DNA of 64,000 nt, taken from positions 1,654-65,653 of the forward strand of contig JAFGSA010000003.1 of the NCBI GenBank assembly GCA_016934855.1. The letters run 5' to 3'. The stretch is from Elusimicrobiota bacterium. Its GTDB lineage: Bacteria > CG03 > SLGR01 > JAFGSA01. Positions 17,967-26,220 of the stretch are shown here, piece after piece. Each line of letters starts with the position of its first letter. The stretch's first letter is position 1. A program made the translations under genes and the position numbers. The notes under the pieces are model-generated. The model was not told where the DNA came from. It saw only the letters and a list, made by a program, of their open reading frames with translations, and made no database searches.

Positions 17967-19208
17967 ATGAAAAAAGCGAAGATACTCATAGTCGATGACG
18001 AGCCCGATATACTGAAGGGACTTAAAGAGCTTTTATGTTCCGAAGGCTTCGCAGTCAGAACGACAGACTGCGGCGGCAGGGTAATAAAAGAGACCCGGGA
18101 CTTCTCCCCGGACCTCATCCTCATGGATGTCATGCTGGGCGACACGGACGGGTACCAGGTCAAGGAACAGCTCATGAAAAATATCGACACGGCGTCCATA
18201 CCCGTCATATTCATCAGCGTCAACAAATCACTCGATTTTAAGAGGCACAGCTTCGCGAGCGGCGGTTCCGATTATATAGTAAAACCGTTCGATGCGGATG
18301 ACCTCATAATCAGGATAGAATCTATACTGACGCGCAGAAAGTTCTATGAGAACATGTACACGAGGGACTCCCTTACGGGGCTGCACAATAAATCAATATT
18401 CGAGAAACAGGCGAAGATACAGTACAGCCTGTCAAGGCAATACGGAAGGCCTTTCTCCATAGCCGTCATCGATATAAACGGCCTTAAAGACATAAACAGA
18501 AAATACGGCCATGAAGCGGGGGACAATATACTCAGGGACACGGCGAAAGTCATCAAGGATATGACCAGGAGCATGGACTCTGCGACCAGGTACTCGAGTG
18601 ACGAGTTCGTAATCCTTCTCCCGGAGACCGACTCCACTCAGGCGCATGCCTTCCTGGACAGGATAAAGAAACGGATGAAAAAAGCCGGTAGCAGGCACAA
18701 GGGGGAAATACCTTTTACAATAAGCACGGGATGTTCCTCGTGTATTTCGGGCGAGATAAACATAGAAAGGATGTTCATCTGCGCCGACCTCAGCATGCAT
18801 AAGGAGAAGACATCTGGAATATCCGCAAAAAACAGCGTCATGATAATAGGAAATACCGCTTCCGCGCAGCGGAAGTTCAAAACACAGATCGAAGCAGCCG
18901 GTTTCTCGGTAAAAAAAACCTTCAGGGATACCGAAGAAGCCATCGCCCATGCGGTTTCTGCAGACCCCGAAGACGCCCCCGGGATAATAATAAGTGCCCT
19001 GGAAGCGGACGGCTTTATGTTCATGGATTACGTAAAAACCGCATATTCTAAATGGCCTCATACCAGAGTGTACCTGTATACGGACAGGGCAGAATACCTG
19101 GAACATTTTCCCTACATTAAAGACATAGTCTGCGGCGTGATCGAAGACTCTCAACTGGCTTCTCTGGCAGAATTCCTAGAGAAGCTCCGCTGTAGACCGC
19201 GGCTGTAA
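17967..19208 (+). CDS. response regulator with receiver domain, degenerate GGDEF domain (RYSSDEF) and C-terminal receiver-like domain
   Basis: The receiver motif ILIVDDEPD with LILMDVMLGDTDG is present. The GGDEF-domain core begins at DSLTGLHNK, but the signature is SSDEF rather than GG[DE]EF. Confidence 0.7.
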   Translation: MKKAKILIVDDEPDILKGLKELLCSEGFAVRTTDCGGRVIKETRDFSPDLILMDVMLGDTDGYQVKEQLMKNIDTASIPVIFISVNKSLDFKRHSFASGGSDYIVKPFDADDLIIRIESILTRRKFYENMYTRDSLTGLHNKSIFEKQAKIQYSLSRQYGRPFSIAVIDINGLKDINRKYGHEAGDNILRDTAKVIKDMTRSMDSATRYSSDEFVILLPETDSTQAHAFLDRIKKRMKKAGSRHKGEIPFTISTGCSSCISGEINIERMFICADLSMHKEKTSGISAKNSVMIIGNTASAQRKFKTQIEAAGFSVKKTFRDTEEAIAHAVSADPEDAPGIIISALEADGFMFMDYVKTAYSKWPHTRVYLYTDRAEYLEHFPYIKDIVCGVIEDSQLASLAEFLEKLRCRPRL

Positions 19209-19217
19209 ACGCGGGTA

Positions 19218-19245
19218 TTGAAACATACGTCCTATCTGGTATAAT
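19218..19245 (+). promoter_or_regulatory. sigma70-like promoter TTGAAA-16nt-TATAAT upstream of the radical SAM gene
   Basis: TTGAAA lies at 19218-19223 and TATAAT at 19240-19245, inside the near-palindrome GGTATAATATAATACC. Spacing is consistent with a sigma70 promoter. Confidence 0.4.
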
Positions 19246-19264
19246 ATAATACCGGGTAAAAGGT

Positions 19265-20401
19265 ATGGTAAAGACAGCAGTAAAACCCGGCATAAACGAT
19301 AAGCTGAAGATCCTTTCCAGGGACTCCCAGTACGACCTTGCCTGCGCCTGCAGCGTCTACGATTATGAGCACAGGACGCGCTCGGAAAACGACGGCTGGA
19401 TATACCCGGTGACTTTCGCGGACGGGAGGAGGACGTATCTTCTTAAGACTCTCATATCCAACTCCTGCGTCAACGATTGCAGGTACTGCCCCTTGAGATC
19501 TTCGGAAGACCCGCGGAGAGTTTCGGTCGATCCCTGCCGGCTGGCTTCCTTCTTCATGGATTACCGCACAAGGGGAATGGCCAGCGGAATCTTCCTCTCG
19601 AGCGGCGTCATAAAAAGCCCCGACGACACGATGGACCTGATAAACGGCACGGCCAGGATCCTGAGAAGGTCCGGGTTCAAGGGATACATTCACCTGAAAG
19701 TCATACCGGGAGCTTCGGATGAAGCCGTAAAAGAAGCAGTTGCACTGGCCAGCGCCGTCTCTGTCAATATAGAAACAGCGGGAGAAAAACACTTCAGCAG
19801 GCTGAGCGGTAAAAAGAAATATATAGAAGATATAATAAGGCCGATAAAACTTATAAGCAGGCTTACTTCGAAAGAAGCTCCTTACCGGCGCGTCAAACAA
19901 ACGACACAGTTCGTCGTCGGAGCTTCTGACGAAACTGACGGAGAGATAATAAATTACTCCTGGAGACTCTACAGAAACCTCGGATTGAGCAGGGTTTATT
20001 TCAGCTCATACCAGAGAGGGCTCGGGGAAACGGATCTCCCCGGCGAAAAGTCCCCTCTCAGTAACCGCGAAATGCTCGTCAGGGAGCACCGGCTTTACCA
20101 GGCGGACTGGCTCATGAGGAAATACGGGTTCGGCGGGAAGGAGATCCCCCTGGACGGCAGAGGCAATCTCTTCCTGGACCTTGACCCCAAGGAAGCCTGG
20201 GCCAGGGCAAACCCCTCGTTCTTTCCCGTCAAAATCAATACCGCTGAAAAAGAAGAGCTCTTAAGAGTCCCGGGGCTGGGGCACGTGACCGTAGACAGCA
20301 TTATAAGCAGGAGATCGGACGGCGCCAGGTTCTCGAAGCTCACGGATATCGGGAAACCAGGTAAATTGCTTCTCAAGGCTTCTTCTTATATAAAATTCTG
20401 A
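19265..20401 (+). CDS. radical SAM protein with C-terminal helix-hairpin-helix motif (resembles the putative DNA modification/repair radical SAM family)
   Basis: The CxxxCxxC motif is CVNDCRYC. The C-terminal HhH is ELLRVPGLGHVTVDSII. Confidence 0.6.
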   Translation: MVKTAVKPGINDKLKILSRDSQYDLACACSVYDYEHRTRSENDGWIYPVTFADGRRTYLLKTLISNSCVNDCRYCPLRSSEDPRRVSVDPCRLASFFMDYRTRGMASGIFLSSGVIKSPDDTMDLINGTARILRRSGFKGYIHLKVIPGASDEAVKEAVALASAVSVNIETAGEKHFSRLSGKKKYIEDIIRPIKLISRLTSKEAPYRRVKQTTQFVVGASDETDGEIINYSWRLYRNLGLSRVYFSSYQRGLGETDLPGEKSPLSNREMLVREHRLYQADWLMRKYGFGGKEIPLDGRGNLFLDLDPKEAWARANPSFFPVKINTAEKEELLRVPGLGHVTVDSIISRRSDGARFSKLTDIGKPGKLLLKASSYIKF

Positions 20402-20482
20402 TCTATAAGCGCTTTTTATTTCCGGGAGTTGAAAAAAATTCATATAAATGCGAAAATTACCCATGAAACGGAGGTTGCTGAA

Positions 20483-21088
20483 ATGCGTAAATCTTTATTG
20501 TTTCTTTATACATTACTAATTACTGCGTCCTGTCTGAACGCCGCGGGCCCCGGCGCAGCCGCGCCGGAAATATCCGCCGTCAACGCAAAGGAAGAAGCAG
20601 TATCTCTTCGTGATTATGCGGGGAAGGTCGTATTCCTGAATTTCTGGGCCAGCTGGTGTCCGCCGTGCAGGAGCGAGTTTCCCGAACTCGATTCCCTCGC
20701 TGCCGAATATTCCGAAAAAGACCTTGTCGTCATCGCTATAAACCTGGACCGGAACAGATCATCCGCAGATGATTTCATCGACAACTATGAGAAGAGCTCC
20801 GATAAGACGACCCCCGGCAGCAGGCTTTCCTGGAACATGAAGATACTTTTCGACAGGGACAATGCTACAGCCCAGGCTTACAGTGTGCCCGGCATCCCCG
20901 CATCTTTCATCATAGGAAGAAACGGTGGCATCAGGTACAAACATACCGGCTTCCAGTATGCTTTCACGAGAAAATGGAGAGAAGAGATTGACAGTCTTCT
21001 GGCGGAAAAATTCGTGCCAAGACAGGAAGACGATGAAAATGCCGGAGAAAATAAGGGAGAAGACAATGATGCCGAAGATGAAGAGTAG
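20483..21088 (+). CDS. TlpA-like periplasmic thiol:disulfide oxidoreductase (thioredoxin fold, WCPPC)
   Basis: GGAGG lies 8 nt upstream. A signal peptide is present. The motif is FLNFWASWCPPCRSEFPEL, followed by an acidic C-terminal tail. Confidence 0.7.
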   Translation: MRKSLLFLYTLLITASCLNAAGPGAAAPEISAVNAKEEAVSLRDYAGKVVFLNFWASWCPPCRSEFPELDSLAAEYSEKDLVVIAINLDRNRSSADDFIDNYEKSSDKTTPGSRLSWNMKILFDRDNATAQAYSVPGIPASFIIGRNGGIRYKHTGFQYAFTRKWREEIDSLLAEKFVPRQEDDENAGENKGEDNDAEDEE

Positions 21089-21110
21089 ATATATAAAAAG
21101 GAGCTGGATT

Positions 21111-22031
21111 ATGAACAACACGACCAAAACGGCTGCTGTACTTTTCTTCAGCCTCATACTCGGAGGATGCATTACGGTCATGAAGAAAAGCACTTACCTG
21201 GATACGATGGACCGCCTGGACAACCTTGCCGTAGACAAGGCCAGCCTCGAAGAGAACATCGCTCAGCTCGAAGGCAGGATTTCATCCCTGGAGGAAGAAA
21301 TAGCCAGGCTGAAGAGGGAGAACACCGATCTTTCAGAAAATCTCAATAAGAAAGAAACCGAACTTTTCGAAAAGATGAACCGGCAGACCGAACTGATAGC
21401 CCAGAAGGAAAAAGAGCTCGCCGAACTGAAAAAAGAAAAATCCGACATCGAGGCACAGCTCAGCATGCAGATAAACGAGCTCAACCTCAAGACCCAGACC
21501 ATGGAAGACCAGATCGGCAAACTCCAGATGACTAAAGATTCCCTTGAAAGCAACCTAAAAGAAGAGATAGAATCCAAACAGATACAGATAACGATGATAC
21601 GCAACAGCCTGTCCGTAAATATGGTAGACAAGATACTATTCGACACGGGCAAGGCAGAACTCAAGGAATCGGGGAAGAAGGTCCTGGAAAAGGTCGGTAA
21701 GGTTCTTAAAAAGGTGGAGAACAGGGATATCAGGATAGAAGGGCATACGGATAACGTACCGATAGGCGAATCCCTCAGGGAGAAGTTCCCGACGAACTGG
21801 GAACTCTCTACCCAGAGGGCAACGAATGTCGTAAGATACCTCGAAGAAACGTCCGGGATTCCCGGAGAGAACCTTGTCGCTGTCGGCTACAGCAAGTACA
21901 GGCCCATCGGGGATAACAATACATACAAGGGCAGGGAGCAGAACAGGCGCATAGAAATAACTATAGTTCCGAAGAACCTGAACCGCGTCATCGATGAGGT
22001 TATTTCTACGGAACCCCAGGATACCCCCTGA
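21111..22031 (+). CDS. OmpA/MotB-family lipoprotein with long coiled-coil region
   Basis: Lipobox ILGGC. Heptad-rich residues 40-200. The C-terminal OmpA domain (NWELSTQRATNVVRYL...RRIEITIVP) is present. Confidence 0.75.
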   Translation: MNNTTKTAAVLFFSLILGGCITVMKKSTYLDTMDRLDNLAVDKASLEENIAQLEGRISSLEEEIARLKRENTDLSENLNKKETELFEKMNRQTELIAQKEKELAELKKEKSDIEAQLSMQINELNLKTQTMEDQIGKLQMTKDSLESNLKEEIESKQIQITMIRNSLSVNMVDKILFDTGKAELKESGKKVLEKVGKVLKKVENRDIRIEGHTDNVPIGESLREKFPTNWELSTQRATNVVRYLEETSGIPGENLVAVGYSKYRPIGDNNTYKGREQNRRIEITIVPKNLNRVIDEVISTEPQDTP

Positions 22032-22045
22032 TAGCACCGGTCACC

Positions 22046-22591
22046 GTGACCTCATCATTGCCCGGTAATCCCGGCACAAGCGGGAACTATCCCGCGAATA
22101 CAGTACTGGCGACCGCCCTTTTTTCCGCCGTGCAGTATGCCGCGTCGATTTATATAATGTTTACCGCCGCAGGTGCTTATGTCCTGGGGATATACGTCCT
22201 TTACGTGCTGCTTATGGAATTGAAGCTATTGAGATTCTCCTGCACCAGCTGTTATTATCACGGGAAAGCATGCGCTTTCGGGAAGGGGAGGATGAGCAGT
22301 CTCATCTTCAAAAAAAGAGATCCCAAGATGTTCATCACAAAGAAGATTTCTTTTTCAGGCCTGGTACCGGAGCTTCTGGTATCGCTCATACCGATATCGG
22401 CAGGAGCGGTCTTTCTCTTCAGGCATTTTGATATATATATTATGTTGTCGATGATACTTCTTCTTGTGCTGGGCACCGCCGGAAACGGCTATGTAAGGAT
22501 GCACCTCGCATGCAGAAGCTGCAGGCAGAGGATACTTGGCTGCCCGGCAGAGATGTTATTCAGCAGAAGAAGCCGGGAAGGGACTCTTTAA
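22046..22591 (+). CDS. hypothetical membrane protein with two CxxC-x-C motifs
   Basis: GTG start. About 4 transmembrane segments. Motifs CTSCYYHGKAC and CRSCRQRILGC. Its 3' end is convergent with and overlaps the H-NOX gene by 4 nt. Confidence 0.35.
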   Translation: MTSSLPGNPGTSGNYPANTVLATALFSAVQYAASIYIMFTAAGAYVLGIYVLYVLLMELKLLRFSCTSCYYHGKACAFGKGRMSSLIFKKRDPKMFITKKISFSGLVPELLVSLIPISAGAVFLFRHFDIYIMLSMILLLVLGTAGNGYVRMHLACRSCRQRILGCPAEMLFSRRSREGTL

Positions 22592-23109
22592 GGGAAGATT
22601 ATCTCGACTTTGCTCTCATCGAGCTTATTTACTTTGAGCTTCTCGCCGTAATATTTGCCAACGCCCTTTATAAGCCCGACCATGAAATCTATCATCCCCC
22701 TGTGGGAACTGTAATGCATTATCATGGTCTTATCGTCCTTGTCTTCGTATTTAAACCTGGGCGGCTTGGCATTAGGCATGCTCTTAGTGGAAATAACATG
22801 CACCGAATCCATGTTTTTCAGGAATTCCTTAGCGTTTTTCGCCCTGGCATAGTAAACTTCGTACATCTTCTTCCCGTAAACGTTCACCCAGTAGTCCCCG
22901 AAAACATCGGCCGCCTGCTGAAGGGTCACGTTCAGTACCTCGCATAAAGACTTGACGACGTTCATAACGGTCATATCGTCTACATCGCTTATAGCGGTCA
23001 GCATGGGTTCCTGGTCTATACCGGCCCCCTTGAGTATCGCTTCCCACCTATCCTGTCCGAATTTTTCGACTACAAGCTCTTTCAACGCAATTACTATAAC
23101 GCCTTTCAT
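22588..23109 (-). CDS. stand-alone H-NOX (heme nitric oxide/oxygen-binding) domain protein
   Basis: The sequence MKGVIVIALKELVVEKFGQD...FLKNMDSVHVISTKSMPNAKPPRF...MIMHYSSHRGMIDFMVGLIKG aligns along its length with bacterial H-NOX. The proximal His, the distal Pro and the Y-S-R heme-propionate motif are all conserved. GGAGG lies 7 nt upstream of ATG 23109. Confidence 0.7.
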   Translation of the reverse strand: MKGVIVIALKELVVEKFGQDRWEAILKGAGIDQEPMLTAISDVDDMTVMNVVKSLCEVLNVTLQQAADVFGDYWVNVYGKKMYEVYYARAKNAKEFLKNMDSVHVISTKSMPNAKPPRFKYEDKDDKTMIMHYSSHRGMIDFMVGLIKGVGKYYGEKLKVNKLDESKVEIIFP

Positions 23110-23137
23110 GGAATTCCTCCTTATAATACATTTTTTA

Positions 23138-23166
23138 ATTATATAAAAAAGGAAGGCCCGGCACAA
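23138..23166 (-). promoter_or_regulatory. possible sigma70-like promoter (TTGTGC-17nt-TATAAT) in the dCMP deaminase/H-NOX intergenic region
   Basis: Reverse complement of 23161-23166 is TTGTGC and of 23138-23143 is TATAAT. The spacer is 17 nt. It lies about 30 nt upstream of the H-NOX ATG. Confidence 0.3.
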
Positions 23167-23179
23167 GAAGAGGTATTTT

Positions 23180-23605
23180 TCAGATGTCTTTCAGATGTAC
23201 GAGCTCGATACCCAGTTTCCCTGCCGTCTCGAATATGCGGTCATCCCTGTAGAACTCGCCGTAATAGATCTTTTTGATGCCTGAATTCACCATGAACTTG
23301 AAGCAGTGCCAGCAGGGCGACGATGTTATGTATATCTCCGAATTGTCTATGCAGACGCCGTGCCTGGCAGCCTGCAGGATGGCGTTGGCTTCCGCGTGTA
23401 TAGTGGCTACGCAGTGGTCGTTCTCTATCATGTGCCCGACTTCGTCGCAGTGGGGCATGCCTTTGATGCTCCCGTTATAACCGGTAGACAGTATTGCCTT
23501 GTCCCGCACTATGACCGCGCCGACCATCTTGCGGTCGCATGTGCTGCGCGTGGCTACCTGCCTCGCGATATTCATAAAGTATTTTTCCCAGCTTACCCTA
23601 GTCAT
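23180..23605 (-). CDS. dCMP deaminase (ComEB/cytidine-deoxycytidylate deaminase family)
   Basis: Zinc-binding motifs HAEANAI and SPCWHC are present. The size is 141 aa. Confidence 0.8.
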   Translation of the reverse strand: MTRVSWEKYFMNIARQVATRSTCDRKMVGAVIVRDKAILSTGYNGSIKGMPHCDEVGHMIENDHCVATIHAEANAILQAARHGVCIDNSEIYITSSPCWHCFKFMVNSGIKKIYYGEFYRDDRIFETAGKLGIELVHLKDI

Positions 23606-23737
23606 GGCTTTGATGATATTATATCAATGGTTTGGACATTGTAAAGAAATCGTCTTGAAAATGCCGGACATATACAAGTGACTTAAATCACTGAATATTT
23701 ATCGCAAGCGTGTTATTAATGATGGCAGGAATAAAAG

Positions 23738-23821
23738 ATGAGACATGACATGATAGTACAGATTGTCTTCTTTTTCATGCTTCTGCTGTTTTTCTTGTTC
23801 CTGAAGGCAATTGAGAAATAA
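23738..23821 (+). CDS. candidate small hydrophobic peptide of 27 aa (MRHDMIVQIVFFFMLLLFFLFLKAIEK), type I toxin-like
   Basis: ATG has AGGA 9 nt upstream. There is a single transmembrane-like helix with a short polar N-terminus. It lies inside the noncoding island. Confidence 0.2.
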   Translation: MRHDMIVQIVFFFMLLLFFLFLKAIEK

Positions 23822-24773
23822 TAAGGATCCCCGGAACCATTCCTTTTACAGGTTATTGCACCTTAATGCATTTGCGTCTTCTTCCGGGTTTCACTTCTTC
23901 TTTCCGGCCCGGGAAGGGGAGGCCGACCCCCTAGCCTCCCGGAAAAACCGAAAATCTGCCACTGAACCTTCAGAACGCTGATTTTCCGGTTATGCTGCCT
24001 GTTTCTCGGGAAAAATCTGGATTTTCTTGAAAATATTGCGTTTTAAGGGATTTTTCAGGGCCGGCCCGACCATTTAGACCTTAAACCAAAAAATTCGCTT
24101 TAAAACGGATGTATATTCGCAGTTTTTTCAATATTCCGATAAATATGCCATTTTTGCCAATAATGGAGATTACGGGGTCAGAGGGATAACCCGTAAACCC
24201 GACAGCCACTCGGCCGGAGCAGCCCCGCTCACCAAAGCCCGCAGAGACTATTCTATAACGTCATTATGAATATATTGAAGGAACAGAAACAGGGGAATAA
24301 ACAGGGATTATTTATATATAAAAACTGTTTTAATGTCTTAAAGTAAGGGATCAACGTTATAAACATCCATCCTTAAAGTTGACTTCATATAAATGCCCAT
24401 ATATACTATGAATAAACGAATATAATCATCTAGATTAGTATTTACTTGAACCATTTCCGGCCCTCACAAAGTTAACATAATAATTATTATCGGACATTCT
24501 ATTTTTCTCGACGATCGTCTTTCCTTAAATACCTTTTTCTGCCCTGTTTTTTGTTTTTTTAAGCCCCCTCTTCCTGCGGCTTTATTTTTATCCGGGGGAA
24601 TCGAACCATTGGCCTGGGCGTTTTAACCGCTTAAAATCGATGAAGTTCCAGTGATATTACAGTCTGCCGGAATTTGTTGCAACAGGGTTTGCCAGAAAGG
24701 AATACAGGGAAAAATTAAAATAAACAAAGCGATTAATTGTGGAATACATGTTTTTTCCGCAAATAAGCAGAAA

Positions 24774-24805
24774 ACCCGCGGAAATGCCCCCCCGCGGGTA
24801 AAAAA
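24774..24805 (-). terminator. GC-rich hairpin (ACCCGCGG-loop-CCGCGGGT) followed by a U-rich tract on the minus strand
   Basis: There is an 8-bp perfect stem with a 10-nt loop. On the minus strand it is followed by TTTCTGCTTATTT. It lies about 200 nt downstream of the outer-membrane protein gene that ends at 25006. Confidence 0.4.
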
Positions 24806-25005
24806 CTTAGTTTATAAGGAAATCTCTTGCTTTTAGTATTAAACTGAGAAATTTTATTATCTCGTATGAAAAGATACCGAGAAGCAGACCGTAAATGAAG
24901 AAAACGAGGAATTTACCGTTTTTAAGATAAGTCCTGATAGAGTAGCTGCCGGTGTAAGCCAGAAAAAGCACCAGGAGAAGGATTATCAGCCAGAATATAA
25001 GGATA

Positions 25006-26220
25006 TCAGAACCTCGCCCTTACTTCGCCGCTGATGAACCGTGTCTTCCTGACTCCTTCATAGACATCGTACTCGTCCTCCGGGGCAAAAATAGTATACC
25101 TTATCTCCAGGTCTATGATGCTGTATTTATACACTCCGCCGAAGGTAAGCGAACCGCCTATGGGCAGAGACGGCTGATGTTTCTTGTAGGTAGACCTGAT
25201 CATGAAGACAGTGAGATCGTTCCTTATAGTCGCATAGAGGGCATTCCTGAGCATGGAGAGGTTCGCTATGGAGTGGGAAAGGGTCACCTTGTCAGAAACC
25301 CTGCCGTCTACCAGCCTGTACTCCCTGAACCTGCCGTAATAATCCCCTATCATGTCCGACTCCACGCTGGAGAGTATCGGAAGGAAACCCCTCTCGTCGT
25401 CGGCCAGGTCACCCGATCCGAGTATATAGTCTATCCAGGCACCTCCCCTTCCCAGCGGGTCAACCACGCCCTCGAACTTGCCGTATGCCCTGAGCGCGTA
25501 GCCGTCGAAGGTTTCCCCGCTCTCCCCCGGCCCCTTCTTCCCTTTCATCTTGTATCCGAAGAACGAATACTCGAGCCCCCTGTGCATGTTCTGCTTGAAA
25601 TAAGCACCGTATATGTATCTTTTGACTATTTTTGAAGATATATAGTGCTCTATGGTCCAGTCGAGCTCCAGCCTCCTCGGCCCGAACTCCCTGAACGCCC
25701 TGTAACCGTAACCCTGTATATCCGATATATCCAGCAGGGCGTCCCTGGTCCTGCAATGAAATGCCTCCAGCTTCACCTTGAACGGGGCATAGGCTTCCAG
25801 CATCAGGGAAGGCAGCCCTATCTGGTTATGGTTCACAAGTATCCCGTCAACCCATTTTATGGGCAGAATGCCGACGCTGATGTCAAAGGGATATCCGTAG
25901 TACCTGTTTATCTTTATATAGGCGCTCTCGAAAAACGGGGTGAGGTTCTCTATCTTGGCCCCCTGGTATACCACGACGGTACTGGTGGAGTTCATTATCC
26001 CCGAAGACTGCAGGGTCGCCCCTATCTCCACGCCGTCGTCGAGGTACCCGTTTAAATAGAGCTTCAGGCGCTGCCTGAATTCCGAGGCCAGTTCCTCCTC
26101 TTCCCTCTCTATATACCGGTACTCGAAATCGATATCTTCGCCTATATCGAACTGTCCCGCGTAGATGGGGATAACCGGGGTGAAGGCTAATAATCCAAAT
26201 AATAAAAATCTTTTTTTCAT
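25006..26220 (-). CDS. outer-membrane beta-barrel protein (porin-like)
   Basis: Signal peptide MKKRFLLFGLLAFTPVIPIYAG. The sequence is rich in Tyr/Gly alternating strands and ends in a C-terminal Phe (ARF). Confidence 0.5.
   Translation of the reverse strand: MKKRFLLFGLLAFTPVIPIYAGQFDIGEDIDFEYRYIEREEEELASEFRQRLKLYLNGYLDDGVEIGATLQSSGIMNSTSTVVVYQGAKIENLTPFFESAYIKINRYYGYPFDISVGILPIKWVDGILVNHNQIGLPSLMLEAYAPFKVKLEAFHCRTRDALLDISDIQGYGYRAFREFGPRRLELDWTIEHYISSKIVKRYIYGAYFKQNMHRGLEYSFFGYKMKGKKGPGESGETFDGYALRAYGKFEGVVDPLGRGGAWIDYILGSGDLADDERGFLPILSSVESDMIGDYYGRFREYRLVDGRVSDKVTLSHSIANLSMLRNALYATIRNDLTVFMIRSTYKKHQPSLPIGGSLTFGGVYKYSIIDLEIRYTIFAPEDEYDVYEGVRKTRFISGEVRARF

Larger units (their letters stand above)
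23606..25005. other. 1.4-kb AT-rich noncoding island with no credible long ORF
   Basis: The ORF track shows only one 61-aa ORF here. The island contains homopolymer tracts, GC hairpins, repeated GAAAATC/GATTTTC motifs and a 27-aa hydrophobic small ORF. Confidence 0.6.

Noticed and set aside
24595-24607. GGGGGAATCGAACC, the reverse complement of a tRNA T-arm consensus (GGTTCGATTCCCC), suggesting a minus-strand tRNA
   Set aside because: The flanking bases cannot form a T-stem (AATGG versus CCCCC). No acceptor, D-arm or anticodon-arm pairing could be built over the surrounding 90 nt. It is at most a decayed tRNA or integration-site remnant, so it is reported only inside the island finding.
24651-24836. 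61-aa ORF (MILQSAGICCNRVCQKG...) inside the noncoding island
   Set aside because: It has no Shine-Dalgarno. It starts in a low-complexity region and overlaps the GC hairpin at 24774-24799. Coding potential is not distinguishable from chance.
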